Numbered from the stretch's first letter, positions 1-13,931 are shown. The stretch: DNA of 64,000 bases from Trichosphaerium sp. ATCC 40318 (GCA_038496445.1 JALMLS010000525.1:186001-250000), one strand, 5' to 3'. Program-made: numbers and translations. Notes: a model not told the origin generated them from the sequence alone.

Positions 1-157
1 ACAATACGCTTGAAATACTGAATGTCTTCTCTAGTGCTCATGATAAAAACCTACTAGGTACTCTAAGCGCGTGTTTGAGAGCGTGCGAAGTATTTTCCCT
101 TGTGTAAATTCCACACTTTTCTTATTCACATATAATACGCGAGGGTGAGTTACAAAC

Positions 158-1933
158 ATGTTGTTACGAACTACTAGCCGTTTATCAATCGCTAGAAAAG
201 GTGCGTTGAGAAAAACTGTCAATTTATCCGTTTCGACGGTCATTTTATGCGTGAAGGAGTGCTGACATTCATCTAGTCGTGCCTGTGACACGTAGGATAA
301 CTACAACACATAACAATAAACAAAATAGATGGAAACAATCAACACGTACGTCTATCGCCCAAACAGACCATTACGAGTGACAAGCCACATCTGGTTCTTA
401 ATACTCTTCATTATGAACTTAAGCTTACAAAATCATTCAGAGCGTACCACTCGTCGCTTCACAACTAGTATTAATGAACCTACACAACACCTGATCAAAA
501 AATCAAATTATTTTGTGGTTGGTGTGGCTGCAGCCATAGCACTCGCTTTCGGTTACATGAGCGAAACAAAGGCTGAGGACGAAGAAGAGCCAGCAATGAA
601 GTTTGAGGACATGGAGTGGGATGAAGAAACATCCTTGCTTCACCGTCTCATCCCAGAAGGTACTTTAAACCCTTTATTACGATCGTTTTGTGACACCCAT
701 AACCAATAGAGACATGGAAAATGGACGACGTCACTCAATACTGGGACTTTCTACTTACGCGATACATGATCGCTTATGCCAACAAACGCCTTCGTTACTA
801 TGGAGATAAGCTAACAGAGATAATGTCAGGCTTACTCGTAATGGTGTGTGCAAGGGAGAGCATAGAACCAGGGTACCACAACACACATCTAAAAAAAGCC
901 ATGGTTACAAGCAGCTAGTTGGCATTAAATTTTTTTTGTTGAATTTAGCCTTGACATGTTTTTTGCAGTGCACCACGGTCAGCTTTGGTTCTGCAAGAGG
1001 CTATCATGAAGCAACCACAGAAACTAGAAGAACACTACAAATTCTGTTGTGATGCTATATTCCCTGAAAACAATGGAGCAGCGTACGTACAACAATGGCT
1101 TGATGATAGCTCTATTTTCTATTTAGCTAATTATTGTTAGTGTACATTTTATTGCAGAGGCCTTGTGGCGTATTTACTCCAAAAAATCATTGGAATTATT
1201 GCAAGACCTACAAAAGAAAGTGGTTAAGAGAGGGTACGGTCCATTGTTGTTGCCTTGGTTGTGTAGTAATTGGAGTTATAGTAAATCTCACCCTGATTGC
1301 GGCTACGAGGATGAAGCTACGAGAATACAAACGCTATTCAAGCGTCGACCAGACTGGCGTCTCATATCGAGAGAGGAGTTCACAGTACGTTCAAAATACG
1401 TGCTCATGTTTTGCTCATCAATGTGTGTAGGTGACATCCTTGGATGACTTGGACAGACTCGTATTACATTATTTCTTAACAGCGGATAAGACAGCTATCC
1501 GCCTCATGTGCGATGTCACAGCTCCTTTGCTCGAGCCAGAGGAATATTCACGACAGCACGCACTGTACACCAAGGGAGAATTAGACGATATCGCTCCGCT
1601 TTTGGGCACGTGATACGCACTTTTTTTTGTTCTAAATTAACTGAATGTATAGGACATACAGCATACGTTCTATTGGATTGGATGGCAGCAGTGCACCCAC
1701 TGTGTTATCAAGAGGTTTATAGATACTCTCTTATTGAAAAATACGCCAAAAATTCAAAGTTTGCACCAACCGATGACAGCCCAGAATCTAACTTGAAGCG
1801 GTCGTACATGTCAAACCAACAACTACAAATTGCGACTGAGCTTAGTGCCAGTTATGCCAATGGTCAACTACCTCTAGATATGCCATCAGAGCTTAAACAG
1901 TACATAGCCCATGGCGCGTACTTCGTCAACTGA
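158..1933 (+). CDS. Multi-exon hypothetical protein, probably mitochondrial and membrane-anchored
   Basis: ATG at 158 gives a basic, acid-free N-terminus (MLLRTTSRLSIARK...TRRITTT) resembling a presequence. A hydrophobic segment FVVGVAAAIALAFGY follows. Short GT-AG introns link the + ORFs 329-709, 721-918, 1163-1447, 1431-1613 and 1508-1933. Confidence 0.55.
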
Positions 1934-2023
1934 AAAAAACCCAATAAATAAATCAATTGACCAAAAATACCGTTGGTTTTGAAAAGAATTTTATAGTACC
2001 AAACTAGCTAGACCCTCGATTTT

Positions 2024-3392
2024 ATGTTGACAAACAAATTAGACGCCAAAGATAAGAAGCACGTTCAATTTAGCTATAAACCTATCTAACAACCACAATA
2101 GCGATATAAACAGCATTTTAGACCTTCCCACAGAGATACTAGCCCTTATTTTAGGTCAAACGACCAAAGCACGGTTTGCTGCCTGTCGAACATGTCATCA
2201 CCTTGCTTCTATCATTCACGATGTTATTGGATACGATAGTGTTTATATTACAACCGTCTCACAAGCGAGAGTAATTGCGAAACATTCAGGTATTCTCCAG
2301 CACACAAACATCAATCTTGCGGGCACTTCATTTCCTGATGATATGGTCAAAGTACTTGCTGGTGATCGTTCCATTGACATTGGTGGATCTTTTACGGATA
2401 AAGGAATAAAGCCTGTTTATGGTGTCCGTCAAATTAATCTCGGCGATACAAATATAACAGATGAAGGATTAAAGGCACTCAAAGGAGTACATACAATTAA
2501 TCTCAAAATCTGTCACTCCATTACAGATGAAGGAATAAAAGCTCTTGAAGGTGTCCATCATATTGATCTCAGTTATACAAGTGTAGCAGATGAAGGGTTA
2601 AAGGCGCTTGCTGGAGTACATACTATTAATCTTAGGGGCTGCCAAAAAGTGACAGATGAAGGCATTGAGGCTCTTGAAGGCGTGCATGCTATTGATCTTA
2701 CGGGCTCTCACCTAACAGATAAAGGGTTAAAGGCTCTTGAAGGTGTCCATGAAATAGAGATTGATTTTACAAATATAACAGATGAAGGATTAAAGGCACT
2801 CAAAGGAGTACATACGATTAGTCTTAAAGGCTGTAAGCTGATTACAGACGAAGGGATAAAAGCTCTTGAAGGTGCCCATCAAATTGATCTCAGTTACACA
2901 AGTGTAGCAGATGAAGGGTTAAAAGCGCTTGCTGGAGTTCATTGTATCAACCTTAGGGGCTGCAAACACATGACAGACGAAGGGATAAAGGCACTGTCTG
3001 GTGTTCATACTATTAATCTTATGGGTTCTTATCATCTAACAGATGAAGCGATAAAGGCTCTAGAAGGTGTTTATATGATTGAAGTTAGTTATACAAACAT
3101 AACAGATGGAGGATTAAAGGCACTCAAAGGAGTACATACTATTTATCTCGCAAATTGCAAACACATAACAGATGAAGGGATAAAAGCTCTTGAAGGTGCC
3201 TACGAAATTGATCTGAGTGATACAAATGTAACAGATAAAGGGTTAGAGGCTCTCATTGGAGTACATACCATTCACCTTATGGACTGTACACGAATCACAT
3301 ACGAAGGGATAAATGTGCTTGTTGGTGCCAAAGTTAATACAAATACGAATTATGAAGAGTTAACAGGACTTTTCGGTTGCCTTGAGGATTGA
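2024..3392 (+). CDS. F-box + leucine-rich-repeat protein
   Basis: In frame upstream of ORF 2343 is the F-box motif SILDLPTEILALILG...AACRTCHHL. About 15 LRRs of 21-22 aa follow (GVHTINLxGCxxITDEGIKAL). ATG 2024 joins via a predicted GC-AG intron at 2059-2101. Confidence 0.85.
2451..3330 (+). repeat. Higher-order intragenic repeat: 5-LRR block of 321-324 nt, about 2.7 copies
   Basis: The near-identical segment aatataacagatgaaggattaaaggcactcaaaggagtacatac starts at 2451, 2772 and (with variants) 3096. Confidence 0.85.
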
Positions 3393-3652
3393 ACGACGTC
3401 ACGTATCAAGGTAGTATTGACGCTTTCTTTGGCGGTCACTGCCATGACTATGTTTCATGAACATCAACAGCTATTTGATAGTCTGGAATAGTAGCAAAGG
3501 CGCTATTGAATTGGTACTATTCCAAACAAGAAAGAGTATTCTGGTTGTTCCTACCAACAACCATGAAAGTTCCTTAGTTTTTCCTGATAAATAAATAAAT
3601 TCTTTGCTTCTACTTTTCATCTTTTATTACAAACGGTTTTCTCATATTTTTT

Positions 3653-6522
3653 TTACAGGATTTTACAAAATGACTTCTTTTTTTGTTTCTTACATGATGC
3701 AGTAAGTACGCTTCTAATTGCAGTATCGAAAACTTCCTTAAGTCCCTTTTGTGTAAGAGAAGAACATTCTACATACTTGAAAGCCTAAAAAGGATTTAAG
3801 AAAGTGATAATCCAACAAGAATCTGACTTAAAAAAACAATTGACGTACACCAATTTCTTTTGCAACTGCTTCAGCAGCTTCTTGTGTAATAACAGATCTT
3901 CCTGTGCTTTCTAATTTTTTTATCGTGTCTTTATCTTCTCGTAAATCTTCTTTTGTACCAACAAGAACAATTTTAACACCCGGACAATGATGTTGCACTT
4001 CAGGCCACCATTTTGATCTGAAGGAAAAAAAAGGTAAGCAGGTTGTATTTAAAAAAATGATCACGTGTGAACTTACTTTATATTTTCTAGAGATGTGTTA
4101 CTGACTACAGAGAACGCGAACAAGAAAACATCTGTTTGCTGCAAGAAGTATAAGGCTCTGAAAAAAAGACTCGATCGCAAGATGCAAGATCTGAAATCAA
4201 AACAAAATTAAATCCTAGACGTACTGGATAAGAAAGAGGTCTTAGTCTATCATAGTCTTCTTGTCCAGCTGTGTCCCAAAGACCCAACGAAATTGGTTTC
4301 GCATCGACCATTACATTAGCGCTATAATTGTCGAAAACACTTGGAATGTATTCTGAAGGGAATGCATTTGTTGTGTACGAGATCAACATGCTTGTCTTTC
4401 CTAATCAAAAATAAATCAACGCCGAAAACCCAACATCAAAAACAGTCTCCAAGTAACGACCGGGAGAGAAAAAAAGAAAAAAAACTAGAACATACCTACA
4501 GCGCCATCTCCAACAATGACAAGCTTGATTTGGCGCATACCACCGCTGTATGAGGCTTCAGGTGGCTTGTACGAGGAAGATGTCTTTGACGGTGAGTACG
4601 TGTGCCTTCTTGATGAGCTGTATGATGAGCTGGAGTATACTGCTGTATGGCCTGTAGGTAACCATTCTTCTGCCTTTTCGTCCCATTTGTATTGTGGTTT
4701 TGTATTGGTATCAAGGCTGAAATCGAACCAAGGTTGTGAACATTTCTTTTTTTCTTCTTTGATTTTTTTTCCTTTTTTTTTTGATTCTTCATTTTCTTTC
4801 TTTTTCTTTTCTGCTATTTGCTTTTGTGTCTTCTTCTCAGCATTAGGTTTACTCAATTGTGTGAATACATCTCCCATATCTTCTGTCATTTTACCTTCCT
4901 CTTTCATCTTTGCTTCGAATTCTTCCTAAATAACAGTCAGGACCAGTAGGAATGAGAAGAGGTAACGAAAAAAATTCGGACCAATTTTTCAGGGCTTGCT
5001 TCACGATAGCATATAGCCAAAAACATGTCTGTTATCAGATTGAAGTTTCTAAAATGAATAGATACTGCTCCAGTACGTTCGCTTATTTCTTCATAGAAAG
5101 GTATAGCAGCAACTTGATTCAAGGCACGAACACCGTATACTTTAATGTCTAATTCGATCAAATTATCCTGCGCAAAGATTAGATTTAGGCGAATTAATAA
5201 TAGTTTAATCAAAGAAAATGCAGGCAACTTATTTTTGTTTTCTTTCTTTCCAAAAAAAATAATGTGTAACGTACGAGTTCATCCATCCAATTAATCTTTT
5301 CACTAGTATAAGAAGGGGGATGTGGCCAACAATCTCCAATAACAACAAGTGCTTTAGATGTATCTTCACTCCAAGAAAGCTTTTGACAATCTCTATTTGA
5401 CAAACACGTGAGCTTGTGAACGAAACGTTTTTTGGGTTTGTTTTTTGTGTTTCTATTTGCGTACCTTAGTGCAAGTTCATAGCATTCTGGCGCGTCGCCA
5501 CCACCTGTTGCTTGTGCATTTTCTACGAATGCTGTAATTTTCTTGACGTTATTGGTGAGATCAAGCATTTTAATGACATATGTTGATTTTTGATCGCAGA
5601 AGTCACCATGAGCTATAATGCCAATCTTTATATCTGGTATATCTGCAATGAGGCGCTTAGCTGTCTCTGTAATCTTTTTTCTTACTTCAGCAAGGCAAGA
5701 ATACATAGAACCAGTTGTATCAAAACTGAAAACAATCTCTACTTTATTCGATCCACCCTAAAAAATAAACTTTAGATACACGTGTTTTAAGTACAATGTC
5801 ACGTGCAGTTGCAAAACTTGACAATAGTTCGTCCTTCTTTTCGTCATTTATGCTATCATCTCGTACTGGGTCGGGTGTGGCAGACTTGGAACATCCACCT
5901 GATGCCTTTGAGGCACATGATTTTTTCTTTTTAGGTGCTCCTTTTTTGATTATTATTTTGTCGCCTGTCTTTAGACCTGAGGCTGCTAGATTCGTGGTAA
6001 ATGAAAGGACTGTTCCATCAGCCTTTGATATCTGTGGTAGAGAACGCCCGAAAGATTCTTCATCCGGAAATGCATTACGAACAATGCTAAACGAAAAAGG
6101 TCAGCCCAGGTACTTTTACAAGCGAAAACAGCGTACCGTGCTATGTCTCTGACCGTTACCGTTTTTCTGTTAGGTACTTCTATTTCTTCGCAATCGCTTT
6201 CAAAGATAGCGTTGAGCTTTAGTGGAGGTACGACCATTAGGTGAATAGTTGCTTCCTTGGCGATCGTTAATATCCTTTAAATCGCTCTTTCCGTACCTCT
6301 GTGAGTCCGAGGGATGCAACAGTGCCTGTTTTAAGAAGTTTACCCTTAAAAACAAGCTTACCTTCAAGCGACGCATCTACGGCCTTTATTTTGTTACGTA
6401 TGTTGGCCACAGTATCACTTGGCTATAAAAACGCGTTATTCAAGCTAAATACCAAACTTCAGGTGTAATACCTCACAATCAATGGCAAAGGTGCGTGCAT
6501 CAGCTTTGATAAGTATGAGCAT
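3653..6522 (-). CDS. Fusion protein: two ubiquitin-like domains + vWA domain + Rac/Rho GTPase with CAAX box
   Basis: Spliced frame is continuous. UBL: [29 protein letters not shown]...LVFKGKLL. vWA MIDAS: [10 protein letters not shown]...GGGDAPE...VIGD. Lys-rich linker. Rac: [48 protein letters not shown], ending [12 protein letters not shown]. Confidence 0.85.
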
Positions 6523-6921
6523 CGTTGGTTGGGTGTTTTAAATAAATATGAATCAAGTGTGACACGTTAGGCGAAGGAGAAACTGACATTAGGCTAAAGC
6601 CTCGTCGCAATATTTTCATGTGATTGCTTGATAACATCTAATACATAAAACAGAGCCTAGTGCCTGGTACGAGAACCGAGAAACTGAAAAACTGTAAGTT
6701 TTCTGGCAAGGTTAAGTTAACACTGTGAGCGAAAACGCGGTTTATTTTTCCTACAGTACAAGGTGGCTGTACGAAGGTTCGCGGGTACAAACGTCCGCAC
6801 GTTCGATTTTCGTTGAAACAATAGTTGAGAACTAGCTTGTATACAGGTAAGTGTAAGCAAGCATGCGTCTCGAGTTGACGTTTTGAGGATAACAAAAATA
6901 TTTGTTCAAACGACCAACTGA

Positions 6922-9900
6922 CTAAGCGAGATAGTGGTACACTTTTCTAATTGGAGCAGTCAGTACAAGAAACATCTTGAGCAACAATTAAAGCCAAAAT
7001 GATTTACCTGTTGTTTTTGGATCGCTCCAAGTACTCTCGCTCGATCAACGATTCCACACGCTTTTTGATAATAATAGGATTTGGTCGGAATCTAACGAAT
7101 AAATGAGTTTAACAACAACAAAAGATGAGCGCCATTATTTACCTTGAAGCAAGTTGTTTTGACACCTCTGCGATCAAATTGCTGTGCTCCATCTTCTTTC
7201 TAGCCTTCATGACACGCACAACAGCTGCTTCGATTTGATGCTTCCTGTCTTCGTCAATCTTTTGTTGCGTAATAGTACGTTGTTTGGCAGTTTCTTTTTG
7301 AATAATCGTCATGACCTTGACACGGAACAGTTTGCTCTTAAACTTTGTGTTGTATCTGAAAACATCATCATCGTCCACAGTCTTTTTACGTGGTTCTTTG
7401 CGGAGTAGAATCCTGTATTTAGGGCACGACAACGTAATCAAATTACGTTTTAGATCAGGAAGTGGAATACCTGCGCCGAGTTAGATGATAGACTTTTAAC
7501 GCATAACAACACGTTTTTACTTGGCTTAAAAACATTACCTGTGACTGATTGTATCTCTTTATATGTCATGTGAGGGGTGGCGTTAAAACTCATCAAGATA
7601 CACATTTGAAAGGTCGATAACATGAGTTCGTGTTTCTAAACAAGTCAGCACTTTGCACCAGCATTTGAAAAAAAAGTCCAATTAGGTACACACCTTGATA
7701 GGGAAGAATGCTTTGAGTTCACATGTTCCCTAAACGAGTAATTGGTCAGTCATTTACGCCGTTATAAGATTATATGGTACCATGTTACTTTGCCAGCTAA
7801 GACGCCTGCCAGTGTGGTTTGACAAGTAGAATTTTTTAAATACGTCACAACATACAAGTACTTCTGGTGGAAGAATACACTTGGCGGACGATTGTGTTGG
7901 CCAAAATCCGGTTGTGAGTACGTGTACATTCATCTCAATACCGCCCAATGGGTGCTTGCGAATATATTAGGAGAGATAACAATAATAAAAACATACCACA
8001 TCGAGACTTGATACGTGGTTTTTGAATGCTTCCATTGTATCGTGGGAGGTCTTCATATCCTTGAACATACCTTCAAGTTTGGATGTAAATTGATAACCAC
8101 ATTCAGTCTACAAAGAAATTAGTTTGGAATAACTACGAAGCAGGCCTTTGGAGTTTTGACTTTTTTTGTCAATTTTGAATCTACTGCTTTAAAATACCAA
8201 CCTTCAATTTAGAGATCATGGTGCGCTCAGCATCATCGGACACGCTGCGGTTAAGGAGCAATCGCTTGGCAAGATGCTGTTTGTAGTACTTTTCGAATAT
8301 ATCTTTTTCTTGAATAAAGCGGAACAGCATCATCACCTTGTCTAGTGTCTTTTCAACATCTTCTTCTGTTAAGCCCTTGAGACCACGTCGTAGTTTCTCA
8401 TCAATAAACAAAGAAATAAATTCAGGAGAGCGGTTGTTCATGTTGATAAAGAACTCGAAAGCCTATAAAAAAACAAACCAGTTAGAACCGTGAACACTGT
8501 GCAACCCGCTTCAACGTACAGAGTTCAATGTGTGTTGGAAGTTTTTATCATTGAAGAAAGCTTCAGTGAGTATGCGATCATATTTATCTTTCAAGTCGAG
8601 GAGAGCTTGAACGTAAGAGTTTTGTCGTTTTTGGTTTTCAGGGTCAGTCACTACGTCCTTTCCAGTATCTTTTACCAACTGGCCCATTACTTCACGCATG
8701 AGATCGTGGCCCTTTGTCACACGGCCCAATAGGTTGTACATTAGCACAAGATCTAAATCACATATTAGTTCAGAAATTGTTTTAAAATGTTGGCATTAGT
8801 CAACTTTAAAACAACACATCAACTACACTCATAAGTACATACCATCTAGTTTATCGTCCTTGAGCATAGCAATTTGACCAGAACCGCCCATCTAAAAAGC
8901 CATTAATTTTGAGTTGGTTGGATGAGATAAAAAAAAAAACAGAAAAATAACTTACCTCAACGAGTGTCTTCATGTGTACAGAAATAAGTTCGCGCTCTAC
9001 AACGTCTTTGATTTGAGGCTCTGTGCCAGAATCGAGGTAATGTTGTACGCGATCCATTTCCTCCTTGATACGTGCGTCTACCTTTGGTGGGTTGAGCACA
9101 AACCGCCAAAATAAAAGGCTCTGAGAGTACCTTTTTCATGTAATCCGAAGCACTATTTTCGGCAATGAAGTTTTGAGATTCGCCCTTGTAAAAATCTGCA
9201 GAAGTGCTCAAGAAATGCTGTTCAAAGTCTTCCTCGTAAACAGTCCTTTACAAAAAAAAAAAAAAGAGTTGGTTTAGTTGCTCAAAGCGTGGTATAATGC
9301 GCACCTAGAGTTTACGCCGAGGTCTACAAGCATTTGTGTGACATTCTTCATAAGACCTCTTTCAATTACTTCACCGCTTCTCTCACGGTGTATCATAGCG
9401 AGCAATGTTCTCAGAAGACGCGGCTTTATGCGCTTGTTACTTGTGACATTTTGTTTAAATAGCTTCAAACCGAGATCGTATACGCTTGGGACATTGTTTT
9501 GCAAAACGTAAACGCGATCCTACAAAAAAAAAACGTATAAGTTACTTTGGCGCCGTACGAGTTGGTTGGGGTTTGTATATACTGCGTATATTATCGTTTT
9601 AGAGCCGTACCATATACATAAGAATATCTCGTATCATGAGCATAGAGATCTTGTGGTCTTGCCATGCTTGGTTCAAGCTGGGCAAAAAATTATCGTCAAC
9701 AGAAGCGCTCACGTCATCTGCGACTTCTTTGAGGTGTTTGTCGACAACGCCTGTCAATCCTTGGTAGAGCTTGTCTCCGTACTTGTGAAGCACCATGTTG
9801 TATGCGTTTCTATGTGTTGTATTTTATTACGTTGAAGAGAAGGTATTTTAAACGGTTTCTGTTTACAGGCGCGGCATGGTGTAGAAAAGCCGTAAATATA

Positions 9901-10144
9901 TTGCCAATAATTGTACAAACTACTAGAGTATTGTTTGTACCTATAAAGTTCTTCAAAGCTCAAGCCAGAAGCATTCTTTTTGTGGATCTCTTGAATAGCG
10001 TTTGAAAGCAACGACCATGTATTCTCTGCGTAGTTGGGGTCCATAGAGACAGCATGGTGGCGGAAGGGCCGAATCTGTAGCTAGGTAAGCACAACACGAA
10101 CAAAACCGGCTTTGTACGGTTATTTTTGTTTTCCTTCCTGCCAT
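6922..10144 (-). CDS. CUL3: Cullin-3
   Basis: [63 protein letters not shown], neddylation region [14 protein letters not shown]-terminus KVYHYLA*; about 15 short introns. Confidence 0.95.
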
Positions 10145-10320
10145 GATATGTAAGACAAGCTGTAAAACTAAGTATGCTTCAAGTCACGAATAGCGTCTTT
10201 ATTTTAGGTGAAATTACACAAAGAATTTTTGCACAGAACAAAGACTCTTCTTTGAGGCGGGAACCTATACACATATCGCCAATATTGCGTTTGTTGGTTT
10301 GTTGTAAAGCACGACGGTGT

Positions 10321-10819
10321 TTAGTCAAATTCTCGGCGGGGGATTTTCTTATCTACCCATGTATCTAGATCCACGCGCTCTTCAAGCTGTGCCAAGGCCT
10401 GTTCGAGATCTAAAGCTTCGAGCTAGCAACTTTATCAGTACAACCTCAATTTTGATTGTTAACGAGCCGTACACTGCCAGCCTTTGCACGGTTTTGCTGC
10501 TCTTCAATGTAAGCGTTAGCCACTTCTAACTGACGCTTTTGTTCAGCGGCAGGCGTAACACCAAGAAACTAGTCGAAATTATTAACAGCTATTTACAACG
10601 CGTTGGCACCTTTGGCCGTTTGTCATCATGGATGAATCTGTTTCTTGACACTGAAGCTGCAACAAAGCTACTGTTTGCAGAAATTAGTTTTTGATTTAAT
10701 TAAAAATTGGCTAGGTTACCTTGCATACACGATAATTCCTAGTGGGATGCCTTGGACGCGTTAGATTTAATAATGTGGTAAAGTCACCCACCAATTTTCC
10801 ACACATGGTCATATTTCAT
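10321..10819 (-). CDS. COX16-like cytochrome c oxidase assembly factor (about 100 aa, 5 exons)
   Basis: Spliced product MKYDHVWKIGIPLGIIVYASSFVAASVSRNRF...LEQALAQLEERVDLDTWVDKKIPRREFD*. N-terminal TM plus C-terminal L-E..L..D.W..K.PR resembles COX16. Not present in the ORF track. Confidence 0.6.
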
Positions 10820-11135
10820 TATCTTACGCACTGTGCTGTAGTTTTGCGTCAGAATTTACTTTTGTAAGTGTAACATTTGTTGTAAAACGTTATAATAACA
10901 GCCCGATCGCGTACCGTCTGTCAAAATAAGTACTAAGTATTTTCTGAAGCATTTTGTGCTTTCAGTGACGATAATGCGGTGAAAACGCGAGAAATATCAA
11001 TTTCGATACAACACCTAAGCTACTCACTAGTTTACGCGGTTTTGGTGATAAGCGCTTCAATGAAGAAAATGTTACCACTTAGCCAGTTCTAAGTCTCGAG
11101 CTATTTAAAACCTCAGACGATTAAAGCCAACAACA

Positions 11136-12464
11136 ATGTCACTAAAGGAGTCACGTACAATTAAAGTCCCTGCAGAGAAGTACCAGATAGACACAATCAT
11201 TACAGCATGCCCTCAAATGAAATCATTAGCGATACGTGCGCTAAAGTATGAGGACTTAGAAGCTCGCACACGGTAAACGGTTTTTTTTACCTCCAACTTT
11301 ATTTCTTACACTCCACAAGCGTGGGAGAGATTCGCTGGAAGCAATTCGAAGATGGAATGCCAAATTTAATGATAAAAGAGATTTCTGAAATACAAGGAAG
11401 AGATTGCGTTTTTATTGCTGACTTCTTGGGTACAATCAAACTAATTAGGCCTTGGTACTCACTGAGTTAAATTTAGATCCAAAAGAAATGTTTGAACAGC
11501 TCTCGGGTACGTTAACTGGAAATTATCGTTGATTTATTAACTCAATATAGTTATATACGCGCTTCCGCGATACTTTGTGAGGTCTTTAACAATTATTCTT
11601 CCATATTTTCCAACTGGTACTATGGAGCGCGTAGATGAGGAAGGGCAGATTGCAACGGCTTACACCTTAGCAACCATGCTCTCTGCAACACCTCTCTCAA
11701 TAATGGGACCTGCACGCCTTGTCATTTTTGACATTCACGCCTTGCAAGTACGTACTACGCGTTTGTAAAGGCACTTGTTGACACTATTTTTAGAATCGCT
11801 TTTATTTCGGCAGCCAAATCATCCCTCTGCTTCAGACTGCCATTCCTTTGTTCAAAGAGGCCTTAAAAGCCAACCACAAAGGAGAAGATATTGCAATCGC
11901 ATTCCCAGATGAGGGTGCAAGTAAGAGATTCGGCAAGGTGCGTTGCGTTCTAACTTGGAAACGCAGTATAATTGGTTTAAAACAGCAAATCTTTATCCCT
12001 TTCTTTACATTATTTTAACTTGCTTTCAACCAGATGTTTAAGAAGTGGGATAACATCATCTGCACCAAAGTGAGAGAAGGTGACAAGCGTATTGTATGCG
12101 TAAAGGAAGGTAATGTTGCTGGCAAGTCTGTGTTTATTGTAGACGATTTGGTAAAGACTGGTGGAACACTACTTCAGTGCAAAGGTGCTCTATTAAAACA
12201 AGGGGCCAAGTCTGTGTCTGCCTTTGTCACACACCCTGTCTTTCCTCAAGGTACATCATTTGCTGTGTGGCAACACGTCTAATAGACCTCGTAGATTCAT
12301 GGAAACGGTTTACAAGCGAGAAGGAGAATCCTTTCAAACACTTTTACGTTACAGATTCTTGTCCTACTGTGTCCAGTGTCCTTGCTGGCAAAAAGCCTTT
12401 TACCGTACTCTCGTTAGAGACTTTGATTGCGAATGTTATTTCTACATACACCACTGGTATCTAA
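11136..12464 (+). CDS. PRS: Ribose-phosphate pyrophosphokinase, class II (plant PRS3/PRS4 type)
   Basis: [64 protein letters not shown]. The FPTGT.ER motif is characteristic of class II. Confidence 0.93.
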
Positions 12465-12570
12465 TTTCAATGCTGTTAAATAGCTTATACATAGAGCTCA
12501 ATTGTATAAATTGCAATAAAGACAACAACGCATTCAAATGTCAAAACAAAAGGTGTTTTTTTAGCACTAA

Positions 12571-13931
12571 CTACATGTTGGCGTGTTTGCTTGATAGGTA
12601 GTCTTTTACGTTTGAGAGTATTCGCGCTTGAGTTGAGGCTTGTGTTGGGAATGAAAATTTTTTTCCTGTGATGCGTTCGTAGAGCTCAATGTACCGTGAA
12701 GACAACTCAGCCTTGTGTAATGTTAGAATATTGTTTGTAGTGCTATTGTACCTTTAGATGGTTGGGACATGGTGGAATAGTCTTGTCTTTGTAAGGATCG
12801 CAATTCTGTTTGTACCACCGTCTGATGATGTCCTTGTCGATATTCTCTGGATACAACCCATTTTCAAAGCGCTCTTCGTACGTCGAAGCGATCCAGTATC
12901 TAGAGCTATCTGGGGTGTGCATTTCATCAATGAGCATAATTGTTCCTTTTTTGTGACGTGTGAGAAGTGTACACTTTGTAAAGTTCATGGTTACCTGATG
13001 AGTCAACACCAAATTCATATTTAGTGTCTACCAGTAATAGACCTTGTTCCAAAGCACGTTTTTGGCCAAATGCGAATATTTCAAGTGCCTTCTTGCTGCA
13101 GTAGTCCCATTGCTCTTTTGTCATCCATCCCTGCGTGTTGTTAGCAAAAGATTGAAAGTACTATTATTGCAGTACTTCTGATATGATATGAGCTGGGTCT
13201 ATAAGACGGTCGTGGTCATCTTCCTTGGTTGTGGGTGTCACAATATTGGCATCAAGTCTTTGGTTCTCTATGAGGCCTTCTGGTAATTTGTGTCCACAGT
13301 AGTCACGAACGCCTTTTAGTAATCAACATGTTAGCATTATCTACTTGTGTACTCAGGTGACTTTGTACCTTTTGAGTAATTGACCCACATGGATGTCTGT
13401 GTAGTGCCTGTTATGAAGCCGCGGACAACCATCTCTATCGGCAAAACTTTACATTTTTTGCAAACAACGACGTTCTAAAGGTTAAAGTCAGTCTATCGAG
13501 TGATAAGGAGTACGCACTGGATCAGGATGGGCTATGATGTGGTTTGGTACAATTGCACGTGTCTGATCGAACCACCACTTGCTCACTTGTGTTAACACTT
13601 GTCCTGTATTGGAGAGATTGTCATGAATGCGTCCAAACAACGTCAAATGCGTATTTTTTAAATAAACTCAAAGTACTGTTGCGCTGCGTACCTTTGAATG
13701 GTATGTTGGCGAGAATTCTGTCAAAACCGCTTACACGATCGCTACATACGAGAATGGTCTCCTTTTCCGTAAAATAAACATCACGAACCTTTCCCTGTAT
13801 ATTTTGATTAATAACAGAGCGAATTGTGGTAAAGACACACTACTTTCCTGTTTACGCGTTCCAATACGCAAATCTGTTGTATCCAGTACGTTATTGCCCT
13901 CTACAGCGGCATTTATTTTATCTTTGTACAT
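12571..13931 (-). CDS. ADE1: SAICAR synthetase (PurC/Ade1)
   Basis: GKVRDVY, SDRVSGFD, IPFKGQVL, PIEMVVRG, TPTTK, LVDTKYEFG, IDEMHTPDSSRYW, DKDIIR. Confidence 0.95.
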
